Source of the DNA: Macrostomum lignano
Lineage: Eukaryota
Direction: 5' to 3'
Assembly (NCBI GenBank): GCA_002269645.1
Contig: NIVC01001921.1
Coordinates: forward strand, 124,001-188,000
DNA length: 64,000 bases
The notes beneath the pieces were generated by a model. That model was given only the letters and a program-made list of their open reading frames with translations, was not told where the DNA came from and searched no databases. This document shows positions 1 through 11,945 of this stretch, in pieces (the first letter of the stretch is position 1; the number at the start of each line of letters is the position of its first letter). A program made the position numbers and the translations under genes.

Positions 1-527
1 CAAAATTGTCACTCCATCGACTCAAAATTGTCACTCCATCGACTCAAAATTGTCACTCCATCGACTCAAAATTGTCACTCCATCGACTCAAAATTGTCAC
101 TCCATCGACTCAAAATTGTCACTCCATCGACTCAAAATTGTCACTCCATCGACTCAAAATTGTCACTCCATCGACTCAAAATTGTCACTCCATCGACTCA
201 AAATTGTCACTCCATCGACTCAAAATTGTCACTCCATCGACTCAAAATTGTCACTCCATCAACTCAAAATTGTCACTCCATCGACTCAAAATTGTCACTC
301 CATTGACTCAAAATTGTCACTCCATCGACTCAAAATTGTCACTCCATCGACTCAAAATTGTCACTCCATTGACTCAAAATTGTCTCTCCATCGACTCAAA
401 ATTGTCACTCCATCGACTCAAAATTGTCACTCCATCGACTCAAAATTGTCACTCCATCGACTCAAAATTGTCACCACTTCGACTCAAAATTGTCACCACT
501 TCGACTCAAAATTGTCACCACTTCGAC
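1..527. repeat. 22-bp minisatellite (CAAAATTGTCACTCCATCGACT), about 24 copies, intronic, runs off the window start
   Basis: Directly visible tandem unit. The last units change to CAAAATTGTCACCACTTCGAC and merge into the acceptor region of the first SLC4A11-like exon. Confidence 0.97.
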
Positions 528-537
528 GTGCTCACAG

Positions 538-3500
538 TGGAAGGCTTCACCTGTCAGCCGAACGTACGTCTCGAGCTCACGGTTGCTAGGCAGTTGTCAG
601 GGCCCGGCATTGCGGCGGCCCTGGGCCTGGCGGTGCCGCTGGCTGTGCTGTGCTTCATGGACCAGAGCATCAGCTCGGCCACCGTCAACTGCCCTGCCAA
701 CAGGTGAGCCGGATGGAGTGGGACATGCTGTCTCCACTGCTCGTAACCCAATACTCTTCTGCTGTTGCTGTCGATGGCGGGTCCATTGATTTGGCTCCAC
801 TGAGGTATAACTTTGACTTTTTTTATCGAACCTCTGCCCACTTTGCCTTCTTTTGTCTGCAAATTCTCTTTGACTTTTTACATTCCCCCCCCTATCTTTC
901 ACTCTGTAAGAAGCCTCTTGACATCGATCTCTGTTCGCTCTCTCATGTCTGCCTCTCTCATCTGCCTTCTCCTGTCTCTCCTTTCTGTTCTCTCTCCCCT
1001 CTCCTCTCACCCTACTTCCTTCTCCATTCTCCCTTCTCGCCTCTCCCCTCTCTTCTCTCCTTCTCTATTCTCTTCCCTCTCCTCTCTTTTCTCTGCCATC
1101 TCTCCTTAGCTCCTATTCTTCCCCATTTTCATCTCTCTTTCCCTCACCTTCCTCATTATTAGATAAATGTCATTGGGTGATGCAATTACCCTGGTATTTC
1201 AATCATTACATGAAACCCATTACAAAATTCTCAACCGCTGGCCAGGCTGCAGAAGGGCTCGGCCTACCACTGGGACCTGCTGGTGATGGGCCTCATCAAC
1301 GGCTGCCTGTCACTGTGCGGCCTGCCGTGGCTGCTCGGCTCGCTGCCCCACTCGCCGCTGCACGTGACGGCGCTGGCCGACATTGAGGAGCGAATCGACC
1401 CCGGCCAGCAGCTCGTGCGGCAGACGTGAGTTGCCCCACATACCGATATGTATCGAAAATTGAGTTTTTTGATGACTGGAAAGGTATTTAGATTCGAATT
1501 TCAACAAAAATATCGACCTTAAGGTAATCATGCTTATCAATCTCACCTTTAACTATAGAATCCCACCCTAAAGAGTCCCACCCTAAAGAATTCCACCCTA
1601 AAGGATCTCACCCTAAAGGATCTCACCCCAAAGAGTCTCACCCCAAAGAGTCTCACCCCAAAGAGTCTCACCCCAAAGAGTCTCACCCCAAAGAGTCTCC
1701 CCTTAAAGAGTCTCACCCCAAAGAGTCTCACCCCAAAGAGTCTCACCCCAAAGAGTCTCACCCCAAAGAGTCTCACCCCAAAGAGTCTCACCCCAAAGAG
1801 TCTCACCCCAAAGAGTCTCACCCCAAAGAGTCTCACCCCAAAGAGTCTCACCCCAAAGAGTCTCACCCCAAAGAGTCTCACCCCAAAGAGTCTCACCCAA
1901 AGAGTCTCACCCCAAAGAGTCTCACCCCAAAGAGTCTCACCCCAAAGAGTCTCACCCCAAAGAGTCTCACCCCAAAGAGTCTCACCCCAAAGAGTCTCAC
2001 CCCAAAGAGTCTCACCCCAAAGAGTCTCACCCCAAAGAGTCTCACCCCAAAGAGTCTCACCCCAAAGAGTCTCACCCCAAAGAGTCTCACCCCAAAGAGT
2101 CTCACCCCAAAGAGTCTCACCCCAAAGAGTCTCACCCCAAAGAGTCTCACCCCAAAGAGTCTCACCCCAAAGAGTCTCACCCCAAAGAGTCTCACCCCAA
2201 AGAGTCTCACCCCAAAGAGTCTCACCCCAAAGAGTCTCACCCCAAAGAGTCTCACCCCAAAGAGTCTCACCCCAAAGAGTCTCACCCCAAAGAGTCTCAC
2301 CCCTTGTCTCACCCTGAAGAATCTCACTGACTCTAACCACTCGAACTGTCCGCCGTTTGCCCCTGCAGGGTTGTGCGAGTTCGAGAGACCCGCGTCACAG
2401 GCGCGGTGGCCAACGCCCTGATCGGCCTGTCGCTGCTGCTCTGCCCGACCCCGCTAGACCTGATCCCCGTCCCGGTGCTGTACGGCCTCTTCATCTGTAT
2501 GGCCATCCGCGGACTGGTGGGCAACCAGATGTTCGAGAGGATCCTGCTGCTGGTCACCGAGCAGGTGACGGGGCTCATGAATCATTAGGGATCAGGGTGA
2601 TTGGGGATCAGAGTGATTGGGGATCAGAGAGTGATTGGGATCAGAGTGATTGGGGATCAGAGAGTGATGGGGGATCAGAGTGATTGGGGATCAGAGAGTG
2701 ATGGGGGATCAGAGTGATTGGGGATCAGAGTGATTGGGGATCAGAGTGATTGGGGTCAGAGTGATTGGGGATCAGAGTGATTGGATTAAATGAATCGTGG
2801 ACTAATCCTAGATAAGAGTATTCAGAGAAGGCTATTCAATAAGAGCTATTGAAAATGGGATTCATGAAACCCAAGCCCACCACCGCTCTCAGCAGCTCCG
2901 CGACTCTGTCCCGCAGGCCGCCTACCCGCCATCGCACTATCTCCGCCGGGTGCCGCAGCGCAAGGTGCACGCCTTCACCCTGCTGCAGCTGCTGCAGCTC
3001 ACCCTGCTGTGCGCCCTCGGCTTCAACTGGGTCTCCCTCGCCAAGCTGGCCTTCCCGGCCGTGCTGCTGCTGCAGCTGCCCGTCAGGTGAGCACGGAAGT
3101 CAGGGTGGGGAAGTCAGGGTGGGGAAATCAGGGTGGGGAAGTCAGGGTGGGGAAGTCAGGGTGGGGAAGTCAGGGTGGGGAAGTCAGGGTGGGGAAGTCA
3201 GGGTGGGGAAGTCAGGGTGGGGAAGTCAGGGTGGGGAAGTCAGGGTGGGGAAGTCAGGGTGGGGAAGTCAGGGTGGGGAAGTCAGGGTGGGGAAGTCAGG
3301 GTGGGGAAGTCAGGGTGGGGAAGTCAGGGTGGGGAAGTCAGGGTGGGGAAGTCAGGGTGGGGAAGTCAGGGTGGGGAAGTCAGGGTGGGGAAGTCAGGGT
3401 GGGGAAGTCAGGGTGGGGAAGTCAGGGTGGGGAAGTCAGGGTGGGGAAGTCAGGGTGGGGAAGTCAGGGTGGGGAAGTCAGGGTGGGGAAGTCAGGGTGG

Positions 3501-3937
3501 GGAAGTCAGGGTGGGGAAGTCAGGGTGGGGAAGTCAGGGTGGGGAAGTCAGGGTGGGGAAGTCAGGGTGGGGAAGTCAGGGTGGGGAAGTCAGGGTGGGG
3601 AAGTCAGGGTGGGGAAGTCAGGGTGGGGAAGTCAGGGTGGGGAAGTCAGGGTGGGGAAGTCAGGGTGGGGAAGTCAGGGTGGGGAAGTCAGGGTGGGGAA
3701 GTCAGGGTGGGGAAGTCAGGGTGGGGAAGTCAGGGTGGGGAAGTCAGGGTGGGGAAGTCAGGGTGGGGAAGTCAGGGTGGGGAAGTCAGGGTGGGGAAGT
3801 CAGGGTGGGGAAGTCAGGGTGGGGAAGTCAGGGTGGGGAAGTCGCCCCAATCCAGCTGCCGCATGCACTGCAGGCACATGCTCCTGCCAAAGCTGATTGA
3901 CGAGTCATTTCTGGATGCGCTGGACAAGCCGATGTGA
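538..3937 (+). CDS. SLC4A11: SLC4A11-like (BTR1/NaBC1) anion/borate transporter, 3' part; exons 538-703, 1246-1425, 2369-2564, 2917-3086, 3874-3937
   Basis: GT-AG, phase-compatible exons splice to ...[40 protein letters not shown]...[11 protein letters not shown]...RVRETRVTG...PVLYGLF...[35 protein letters not shown]...[24 protein letters not shown]. These match hallmark SLC4A11 C-terminal motifs (KGTAYHWDL, HSPLHV, YPPTHYIRRVPQRKIH). The acceptor at 536-537 is the only AG available and is less certain. Confidence 0.9.
900..1150. repeat. CT-rich low-complexity tract in SLC4A11-like intron
   Basis: Almost pure pyrimidine (CTC/CTT/TCT) on the + strand. Confidence 0.8.
1560..2312. repeat. 15-bp minisatellite (GAGTCTCACCCCAAA), about 49 copies, intronic
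   Basis: Tandem unit visible; diverged units at the left end, homogeneous core. Confidence 0.97.
2588..2786. repeat. 16-18-bp minisatellite (GGGGATCAGAGTGATT), intronic
   Basis: Tandem unit visible just after the donor at 2565. Confidence 0.93.
3096..3843. repeat. 15-bp G-rich minisatellite (GGGAAGTCAGGGTGG), about 50 copies, intronic
   Basis: Near-perfect tandem array filling intron 3087-3873. Confidence 0.97.
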
Positions 3938-4384
3938 CCGCCGCCTGGAGGTGAACAGATCGAATGTGATTGTGACGCAAAAAGCTAGAGACTTGTCTTA
4001 GAAAATATTTGTATAAAAAATATTTTCAGTGTTTTTATATGTCCGTCTAGTCCACTCCGATAATTGTTTTGTACTTGTTGTCTAGGAAATTTCTCACAAA
4101 GCTAAGAAAATACGCTGCGCGAATATACTACTAACAGTATGCATAATGAATCTATTTGTGTACAATCATAGCTTCACGATATTTCTGTTTAAACAAAATT
4201 TAATCAAGTTTTTGTGCTTGAGATCGTCGAGTTTTATTTATATGTCGAGTTTTATATATCGTCGCGTTTCGAACACAGTTGCTACCCAAATCAGTTGCTT
4301 TGATCATTCCATTCAAAAGTTATGCTTGAAACCTCGGTAGTCTGATAGAAACATCTTGCTTGTAGTGATCATCAGCACCCTTCA

Positions 4385-4500
4385 AAGCGGACTTCTCAGC
4401 ACAGTCTCCACCTGTAGCAACGCACTTCTTCCATTGTTTAAGCATCCCGTCAATTGCATCAGCACAGCTTTTGGCGAATTCAAATAAATGAGGCGTGAAG
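4385..4500 (-). pseudogene. possible mariner transposase C-terminal remnant
   Basis: Minus-strand translation FAKSCADAIDGMLKQWKKCVATGGDCAEK resembles the mariner C-terminal F...GI..L..RW.KC....G.Y.EK motif. No intact TIR found. Confidence 0.4.
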
Positions 4501-4920
4501 GCGGTGGTTTTTGGTTCTGATCGGTATTACCATAAACTATAAATAAAATATGGCCGGTATAATAAAATCATTGTGCGAGTAGACGGGATAAATATAGCTT
4601 TTTACCAACCCTTTGGCCTATATGCAATGCATGTAATCCAATGGTAGCAAGGGTGACAACAGCAGCATTAAACTCGATCCAACAACAGGCATTTTGTGAT
4701 CCGGATGGCCGGAGATCACCCTGCAGCTGAGTCAAGCAAGTCAACTCAGCGGGGCCATCAGTAGCCACATTGAAAGTTTTGCGTCCACCGCGGCTTTCAG
4801 GCCTCAAATAGCGACACGGAAGTCCTGAATGGCACCGCGTGCGCTCAGACTGTCAGGAGCAGCACATGTGGCTTCTCAGCAGACTCTGTTTGGCTTATCT
4901 CAACTGACGGCAGCAGCGAG

Positions 4921-6064
4921 CTATCGATATTCACCAGCGCTCAGAGTGGGTACCGCCGGGGCCAATCTGTCGTAAGTCCCGCTGTACACTGTTGAGCCGT
5001 CGGCATACGTGGGCGACTGTGCAGCAACAACCTCATCGTAGATCACCTGATCGGCAACTGGTCCAGCTGGTCCTCCTGGTTGGCTCTGCAATGCACAAAT
5101 TAGATACACGAAATGACAAAAATATCATAAACTGTTTCACATAAGTAAAGGAAGTATTCGACATTGGCCTGTATGGGACTCTCTACACTGAGCTACGAAC
5201 TAAAATCGAAGCTTCTCTTTTCTGTCTGCACGTTTTGCTTCTCTGCTTCAAAATGATAAAATAGCAAACGAGCCAAGGCGTCACATTCAGTCGAGTAGAG
5301 AGCAGTACGCATTACGTCTGAAGCAACTACCTAAGAACTGTAGGCTGAATTCAGACGGCTCTTTGCGCATGCTTTAAAAAAATCATTTAACTTTATCACT
5401 GACTATCATTGATTACCATATAGCACGAATTACCAACCTGACTCGCCGTTGAACCCTCCCGGTGAGGCACGTGAGGCACATTGTTCTGGAAATTGTCCAC
5501 GCCACTGGTGTTAGCGTCCGGAGGAAGTAGTGAAGCTCTCTGAGTAGCTCTTCCGGTCTCAACATCGCTAGCTGGTCCTTGGGGATTTCTGCACCGATGG
5601 CGATACACAAAGACAACGATGAGCACCAATGAAACAGCCAATGAAGCGGCCAGCACAACGTTAATTGTTTTTGTCAATGGCTGCATTGGCGAATCTGTAG
5701 CCGTTTGGTCGGGTCCTCCCGGCGACTCTCCGGGTGACGCCTTGTTGGTTGCCGACGGAGACAGTTGGATTTCTGACCCGACGGGATCGAGCACGAGCTG
5801 GTGTTGCTTTGATCCGCCATGTTGTTCACCGGTGCAGCACACTGGGTGATCCCGGCAGATCGCCGAGTAATGCTCGGTGGCCTGAAGGTTGTCCTGGCCG
5901 GGCGGCTGCGGGCAGGCAACGCAACGGTCCTGGGTCGCATCGTAGAACTGCTTGAGACCAGGCGGACAGGCGGCTGTCTGAGCATCAACTGATGCGGTCT
6001 GCAGAGGCGCCGCGATGGCAAGCAGAATGCTGATAATGAAGATGCAGTTTACTGTATGAGACAT
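4921..6064 (-). CDS. TNF-receptor-like type I membrane protein (single Cys-rich module, no death domain), about 263 aa; exons 6064-5438 and 5085-4921
   Basis: ATG at 6064; hydrophobic signal peptide; Cys module CPPG..FYD....CVAC...C.....CC; TM helix INVVLAASLAVSLVLIVVFVY followed by RHRCR. A phase-0 GT-AG intron joins a Tyr-rich tail (VIYDEV, YADG, YSGT, YDRL) ending in TAG at 4921. Confidence 0.7.
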
Positions 6065-6628
6065 CTTAATTGAACAAATAAAGCAGTTTTCCAATAACTT
6101 TTTTTGCTTTTTCTTTTTATATATAGGCTTTTATGCTATGCGAAGCTTAGCTTTCCTGTTTATGTGAATGACGTGCAATTACTATTTTTAGCTACTTCAT
6201 TACGTAAAACACTTTTTTTACGTTTCAGTACACTTTTGTACGGAGCTGCCCGTGGTCAATGCAGGGTATGTGCTTTCATTGACGTCATTAATTCTATACA
6301 GGTTGACGAAATGAAAAAGGTAGAAATTTTAAAGAGAGAATACTCGCGCAAACCCACCAAGATTACCATATTAAGTGCTGCCACCTTACTCAAAACCGGC
6401 TCAATTCTAGCTCGTAGCAGAAATGTGAGCCAAGCTCAGACGCAATTAACGATCTTATTAAACACGCATTTCAAATGTACGCCGAGATATTTAAAATAGA
6501 AATTACGTACATTACGTTTAAATGTGAATCCAGTGCTTAACTGTAAATCCTATGATTCACAATTTTCAACGGGAAATGCATGCTTTTTTGCATCAGCACT
6601 TAAATTTCATATAAGCAAAATGGACTGC

Positions 6629-6900
6629 AAGCCTTCCCATAGCTCAGCGTTGCTAAATCTTCAGCTTCTTCTACTAAAGATGAAAATCATATTGTAGGTA
6701 CTCCTAGACTGTTGGACCAAAATTTATCAAACTTGCACCATTTGATTGGAAATTTTTACGGGACTATGTATGACTATTTTGATTCTTGATATTCACAAAG
6801 ATGGCCCTTTAAAGTTGAGAAAATCTGCTTTTTGCCTATGCTTTTAGTGTACTTTTGCTCGCAGTCAGAGCCAACTATGACTCGGGCCATAGACTAAAAA
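6629..6900. mobile_element. short non-autonomous Helitron/HINE-like element, copy A
   Basis: Shares ordered blocks with 8362-8653: AAGC(C)TTCCCA, CTCCTAGA.....(A/T)TCAAA, ATGG.(G)CC...GAGAAAA.CTG, TTTTAGTG.A.TTT.CTCGCAGTCAGAG and AGACTAAAAA. The CTCCTAGAC...ATCAAACTTG core resembles invertebrate HINE/DINE cores as I recall them. Confidence 0.5.
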
Positions 6901-7030
6901 CATATTTGTTTCTTTGTATGTATTGAAATCCTTCGTTTTGTTGATCCACATGACGTGCAAACCTATTCGACCGTTGAATTAACTGGCTTTGTTATGTCGA
7001 AAAGGAAAAAAAACCTAAATCACAGAATAG

Positions 7031-8140
7031 ACTTGCTGGGGGATGCTTGCTGTCTGGGGGATGCTTGCTATCTGGGGGATGCTTGCTATCTGGGGGATGC
7101 TTGCTATCTGGGGGATGCTTGCTGTCTAGGGGATGCTTGCTGTCTGGGGGATGCTTGCTGTCTGGGGGATGCTTGCTGTCTGGGGGATGCTTGCTATCTG
7201 GAGGATGCTTGCTGTCTGGGGGATGCTTGCTGTCTGGTGGATGCTTGCTGTCTGGGGGGATGCTTGCTGTCTTGGGGATGCTTTCTGTGGGCTGCTTGAT
7301 GTCTGGCCCGGATGCTTGCTATCTGGAGGATGCTTGCTGTCTGGGGGATGCTTGCTATCTGGAGGATGCTTGCTGTCTAGGGGATGCTTTCTGTCTGGGG
7401 GATGCTTGCTGTCTTGGGGATGCTTTCTGTGGGCTGCTTGATGTCTGGCCCGGATGCTTGCTATCTGAGGATGCTTGCTGTCTAGGGGATGCTTGCTGTC
7501 TGGGGGATGCTTGCTGTCTAGGGGATGCTTTCTGTCTGGGGGATGCTTGCTGTCTTGGGGATGCTTTCTGTGGGCTGCTTGATGTCTGGCCCGGATGCTT
7601 GCTATCTGGAGGATGCTTGCTGTCTGGGGGATGCTTGCTGTCTGGTGGATGCCTGCTGTCTGGGGGGATGCTTGCTGTCTTGGGGATGCTTGCTGTGGGC
7701 TGCTTGATGTCTGGCCCGGATGCTTGCTATCTGGAGGATGCTTGCTGTCTGGGGGATGCTTGCTATCTGGAGGATGCTTGCTGTCTAGGGGATGCTTTCT
7801 GTCTGGGGGATGCTTGCTGTCTTGGGGATGCTTTCTGTGGGCTGCTTGATGTCTGGCCCGGATGCTTGCTATCTGAGGATGCTTGCTGTCTAGGGGATGC
7901 TTGCTGTCTGGGGGATGCTTGCTGTCTAGGGGATGCTTTCTGTCTGGGGGATGCTTGCTGTCTTGGGGATGCTTTCTGTGGGCTGCTTGATGTCTGGCCC
8001 GGATGCTTGCTATCTGGAGGATGCTTGCTGTCTGGGGGATGCTTGCTGTCTGGTGGATGCCTGCTGTCTGGGGGGATGCTTGCTGTCTTGGGGATGCTTG
8101 CTGTGGGCTGCTTGATGTCTGGGGATGCTTGCTATCTGGG
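7031..8140. repeat. 18-19-bp minisatellite (GGATGCTTGCTGTCTGGG) with about 408-bp higher-order structure
   Basis: Tandem unit visible. The marker block CTGTGGGCTGCTTGATGTCTGG recurs at spacings of about 141, 141, 126, 141, 141, 126 bp. Same family as 34275-35900. Confidence 0.95.
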
Positions 8141-8361
8141 GGAATGCTTTCGACTTAGGGGAGTGCCTGCTATTACTGTTCCTGCTAGGCAATTGAATGT
8201 CAACATATTATACAAGCCTGGTATGTAAAGATGGTGCTAGCTAGGGTTGGAATGGTGTGGGACATGTACATTATTATTACATGTTATTCAATTACATTAT
8301 TAATAAAATTATTACATTCATTCTTTGCCAAGGGGTTCAACGGGAAACGGAAGTTATGTTT

Positions 8362-8653
8362 AAGCTTCCCACCGAAGGGGGGCTACATGGCTAGTCCATC
8401 CAATATACTAAAGTTCGTTTTGTTTGTTTGTTTGTTAAGAAGATTCGCATCTTCTCCTAGATGGCTTGAGCGATTTTTTTCAAATTTTGACCATTTGATT
8501 GCAAATCTCTCTGGGATCATGTGGCTCAATTCTCATCTTCAATTTCAAACATGGAGCCTCATAAATAGGAGAAAACCTGTTGAATTCCTATCATTTTAGT
8601 GCATTTTTCTCGCAGTCAGAGTTGAAAGTCGAGTTTTGGCCAAAGACTAAAAA
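8362..8653. mobile_element. short non-autonomous Helitron/HINE-like element, copy B
   Basis: Hairpin CCCACC-GAA-GGGGGG, then CTAGT (8391-8395), a (GTTT)n tract and the same conserved blocks as 6629-6900. Confidence 0.55.
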
Positions 8654-8774
8654 TGCCCAATGCCTGCCGTGTGTGTGAAAAAAAGAGAAGGGGCGCTCTT
8701 TTTAAATTGTCGATAGTTGCTACCTATTATATATTCGTCGTTTAAGTATTAAGTGTAACAATAATGTACTTCAA

Positions 8775-10560
8775 ATGCCAAAAAGAAAGAAGAAAAGTGA
8801 TGCTCAGAAGAGCCGTGAAGCTAAGTTACGTCGGAAACAGGAAACTGATGAAGAGAGAAAACAAAGACTTGCAAATCAGGCCGCTTATCGTCAGAAACAT
8901 TCCGCAAATGAGTCATCGGATTCCAAATCTGTTCGCTTGGAATCCGCTCGAGTTCAAATTACTGAGAGGCGTGCTGGAGAATCTGAGGCTGAGCGGTCAT
9001 CCAGGTTGGATGCTACTCGAGTTCAAGTTGCTGAGAGGCGTGCTGGAGAATCTGAGGCTGAGCGGTCATCCAGGTTGGATGCTACTCGAGTTCAAGTTGC
9101 TGAGAGGCGTGCTGGAGAATCTGAGGCTGAGCGGTCATCCAGGTTGGATGCTACTCGAGTTCAAGTTGCTGAGAGGCGTGCTGGAGAATCTGAGGCTGAG
9201 CGGTCATCCAGGTTGGATGCTACTCGAGTTCAAGTTGCTGAGAGGCGTGCTGGAGAATCTGAGGCTGAGCGGTCATCCAGGTTGGATGCTACTCGAGTTG
9301 AACTTGCTGAGAGGCGTGCTGGAGAATCTGAGGCTGAGCGGTCATCCAGGCTGGATGCTACTCGAGCACGAGCAACAGTCAATCGTATACAACGTGTCAC
9401 TGGAAATGTAGAAAGAGATACCTCTAATATGCCCTTAACGACGAGTTCATCAGCGCATCATGTGCCTGCTACAAATTTTCCAATCGCGTCAACGCAAATA
9501 GTTCCTGCCAAAGCTGATGGTAATTGCTATTTTCATTATATTGTTGAACAACTCCGAGGTACAGAGTTAGAAATCACTCACAACCAGTTGCGCTGTCAGA
9601 TCTCAGAGCGTTTGAAAATCATACTGCCTGAATATGTTAACATTATCCAAGCGCAAAAACAAACCATTCAGCGAATTTTGAGTGACACTGAACGAGATGG
9701 GACTTATGTTCACAATGTTGTGGCTCCAATGCTCAACCGAGTTCTTAATGTAGATTTGGAAATCTACCAGCGTGATGTTGCAGACAGCACAAGGTTAACA
9801 TTGATCCAAAGTGCATCATCTGAGGTTGGACCTCCAGTGCTGACTGTGAGACTTCTCTATGATCGTCATAGACAACACTATGATTCATTATATCTAAATG
9901 ATTCTTTGAACACTTCGCAAGTCGACCAGACCTCTATGCGGTCAATGCAATTCGACTCTCTATTTGTCAGCCTGCAGCGACATGTACTAGCACCTCCAAT
10001 TCTGCTTGTGCAAACGACACGAGACTACCAGCGGACAAGAACATTAATACTGATCAATTTAACCGGTGAGATTGTATACGTATATTTACGCACTACTATT
10101 GTGCGTAAATTTTCCTGATTCAGGCCACGTTCTGCTATTACTGATGAAATTGGACGAATGATATATCCTTGCCGATGGTGCTCGGCCTTGAAGTGGAAAG
10201 ACGAATCGGAAGGAATGTGCTGCGCCCGAAACAAAGTTAGCGTTGCTGCCAAAAATTTCCCACCGCTCTTCAGGACCTGTTTTCTGGCAGGCACATTTTC
10301 AGTGGAGAGTTCCTCAAAAATATTCGACAATACAATGCAGCTCTGCATCTAACATCTTTCCGCGTTAATTTACGATGTTTCAAAGGCTGGAGTCCAAATT
10401 TTATTATTTCTGGGCAGGTGTATCACAAGTACGACCCGTTGCTTTCCAGCAGCTCATTTTCACCACGTGGTTGGCAGGTGTATTTTTCAGATCGAGAGCT
10501 CGAGACGCGGTGTTCACTTAATCAGAATCTTAACAAGGAGCTGATGCTGCTGTATGTAGG
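8775..10560 (+). pseudogene. Helitron RepHel N-terminal fragment with OTU cysteine-protease domain, frameshifted and truncated
   Basis: ORF 8775-10118 has charged ET.EER..RL-type repeats, OTU motifs DGNC (9516-9527) and HYD (9876-9884). After a frame change come IGRM.YPCRWCSALKWKDE..GMCC...KV (Helitron zinc finger), PNFIISGQVYH and QVYF. No HUH or helicase motifs follow. Confidence 0.8.
8950..9365 (+). repeat. 69-bp in-frame coding repeat (ESEAERSSRLDATRVQVAERRAG) x6
   Basis: Near-identical tandem copies inside ORF 8775-10118. Confidence 0.93.
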
Positions 10561-10655
10561 TAGATAAGGCTAAGGTAGAGGTAGATATGGTAGATAAGTT
10601 GATTTTTGGTTATTATACTGAGTCTGGCCTTACACAACGCAAACATATTTAACAG

Positions 10656-11425
10656 AAAAGTGGACATACTCGGTACCATTACAAATGTTGAGGAAGTGTC
10701 GCAGACGAAGACGAAGGATGGCAAGGATGTCAGCATTGCTAAAGTAACGCTTGTAGATGACTCTAACTATTCTGTCTCCTGTGTGTTCTGGGCGAGTTCC
10801 GCCAGTCAAGTCAATGATTGGTCGACGGGAGAAGTTCTGTCTATTCGCGGCGCATCTGCAGTTGGCACGTACAACGGTGAGACAACCCTAAATTGCACCC
10901 GCGCAGAAGTCGAGTATAAGCCGGACGATGAAGAGGCTTCCGATCTGTCCACTTGGTTTGTTGACACAAGTTCCAGCCAGCAGCAATTCGAACGTATACG
11001 GCCCAGCCAAAAGCGTCCAAGTGTGTATAGTGAGGCAGCAGATGACAAAATTGTCACTATCAAGTATCCAGGACGAATTTTTTCCGAGTTCGACAAGGTT
11101 TAAGGAACTAAGAGTTTGTTTCGGACATAAAATGGTATGTGTTGAAGCATTTTGTATCATTAAGCTAAAGCAATTTTTTAGGTGTTGGTTGAGATTTTGC
11201 TACTGAAGCAAATGAAATAAATTACATTCATGTACTTGCATACACACAAGTACCGTAACCACGAGTGAACGAATGTAATCAACAATCCACTTTACCACTC
11301 TCTAGGTTACCTTTGAGCGCACTGACCAACGGCAACGGGATGTGCAACAACCTAGGAGCTCAACTCCAGACTACAACCCCAGCCAATGGGTCGAAATTGT
11401 TAATTACATAGCTAACAAATCATAA
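10656..11425 (+). CDS. RPA70-like OB-fold ssDNA-binding protein fragment, Helitron-associated; candidate exons about 10656-11097 and 11306-11425
   Basis: KVDILGTITNVEEV...TKDGK.....VTLVDDS...VSCVFW matches the RPA1 OB-fold pattern. A phase-0 GT-AG intron (11098-11305) joins VTFERT...IANKS*. The 5' end is not resolved. Confidence 0.65.
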
Positions 11426-11945
11426 AAATCATAAACAGTCAATTTGACAATTTGGCAAATAAGACCACAAATCTATAATGTCACCGACTGCTACAACTCA
11501 AAGAGCAAGGAGGTGCTTTAGCTAGAAACAAAAGCTAAATTTAAATTTGAATTTAAAATTAATTTTTTAAATTAAAATTAAAATTTTGATTGTGTCCATT
11601 ACTCTGCCGCGTTCAGTGGCTTGCCAAAAAGCATGTAAACGAAAAATATACCTTAATAAGTGTTTATACTGGTGTAAGCTCTAAGGATATAGATATATTT
11701 TGTTTAAGTTCTTAGGTGTGGCTATTTTAAAAGGCTTTCGATTCTAAGAAATTGAATTTTTAAGTTGTTAGCTCCAGCTGGTAAGCGGTAAGGACGAAGG
11801 TACAAAGGTACTAAGGTAGGGTAGCATAAAGGATGTCTTGAGTGGTCTAAGTGATAAGTTCTTAGCGACAATAATAAAGAAGAAAAATCGACTCTTTTAG
11901 GCCTTCTAGTCTTACACTCTTACATACTTCGTCTTTACTTTAGTA

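Noticed and set aside
6-3900. Long ORFs 6-707, 1549-2340, 1893-2327, 2849-3937, 3009-3896 and 3133-3900 as proteins
   Set aside because: They are translations of stop-free intronic minisatellites. Only the short non-repetitive parts match SLC4A11, and these are bounded by GT-AG sites.
7047-8228. Cys/Gly-rich repeat proteins from the GATGCTTGC arrays (also 34228-36029)
   Set aside because: Several overlapping frames are open and variable G-run lengths shuffle frames at random, which is inconsistent with coding constraint.
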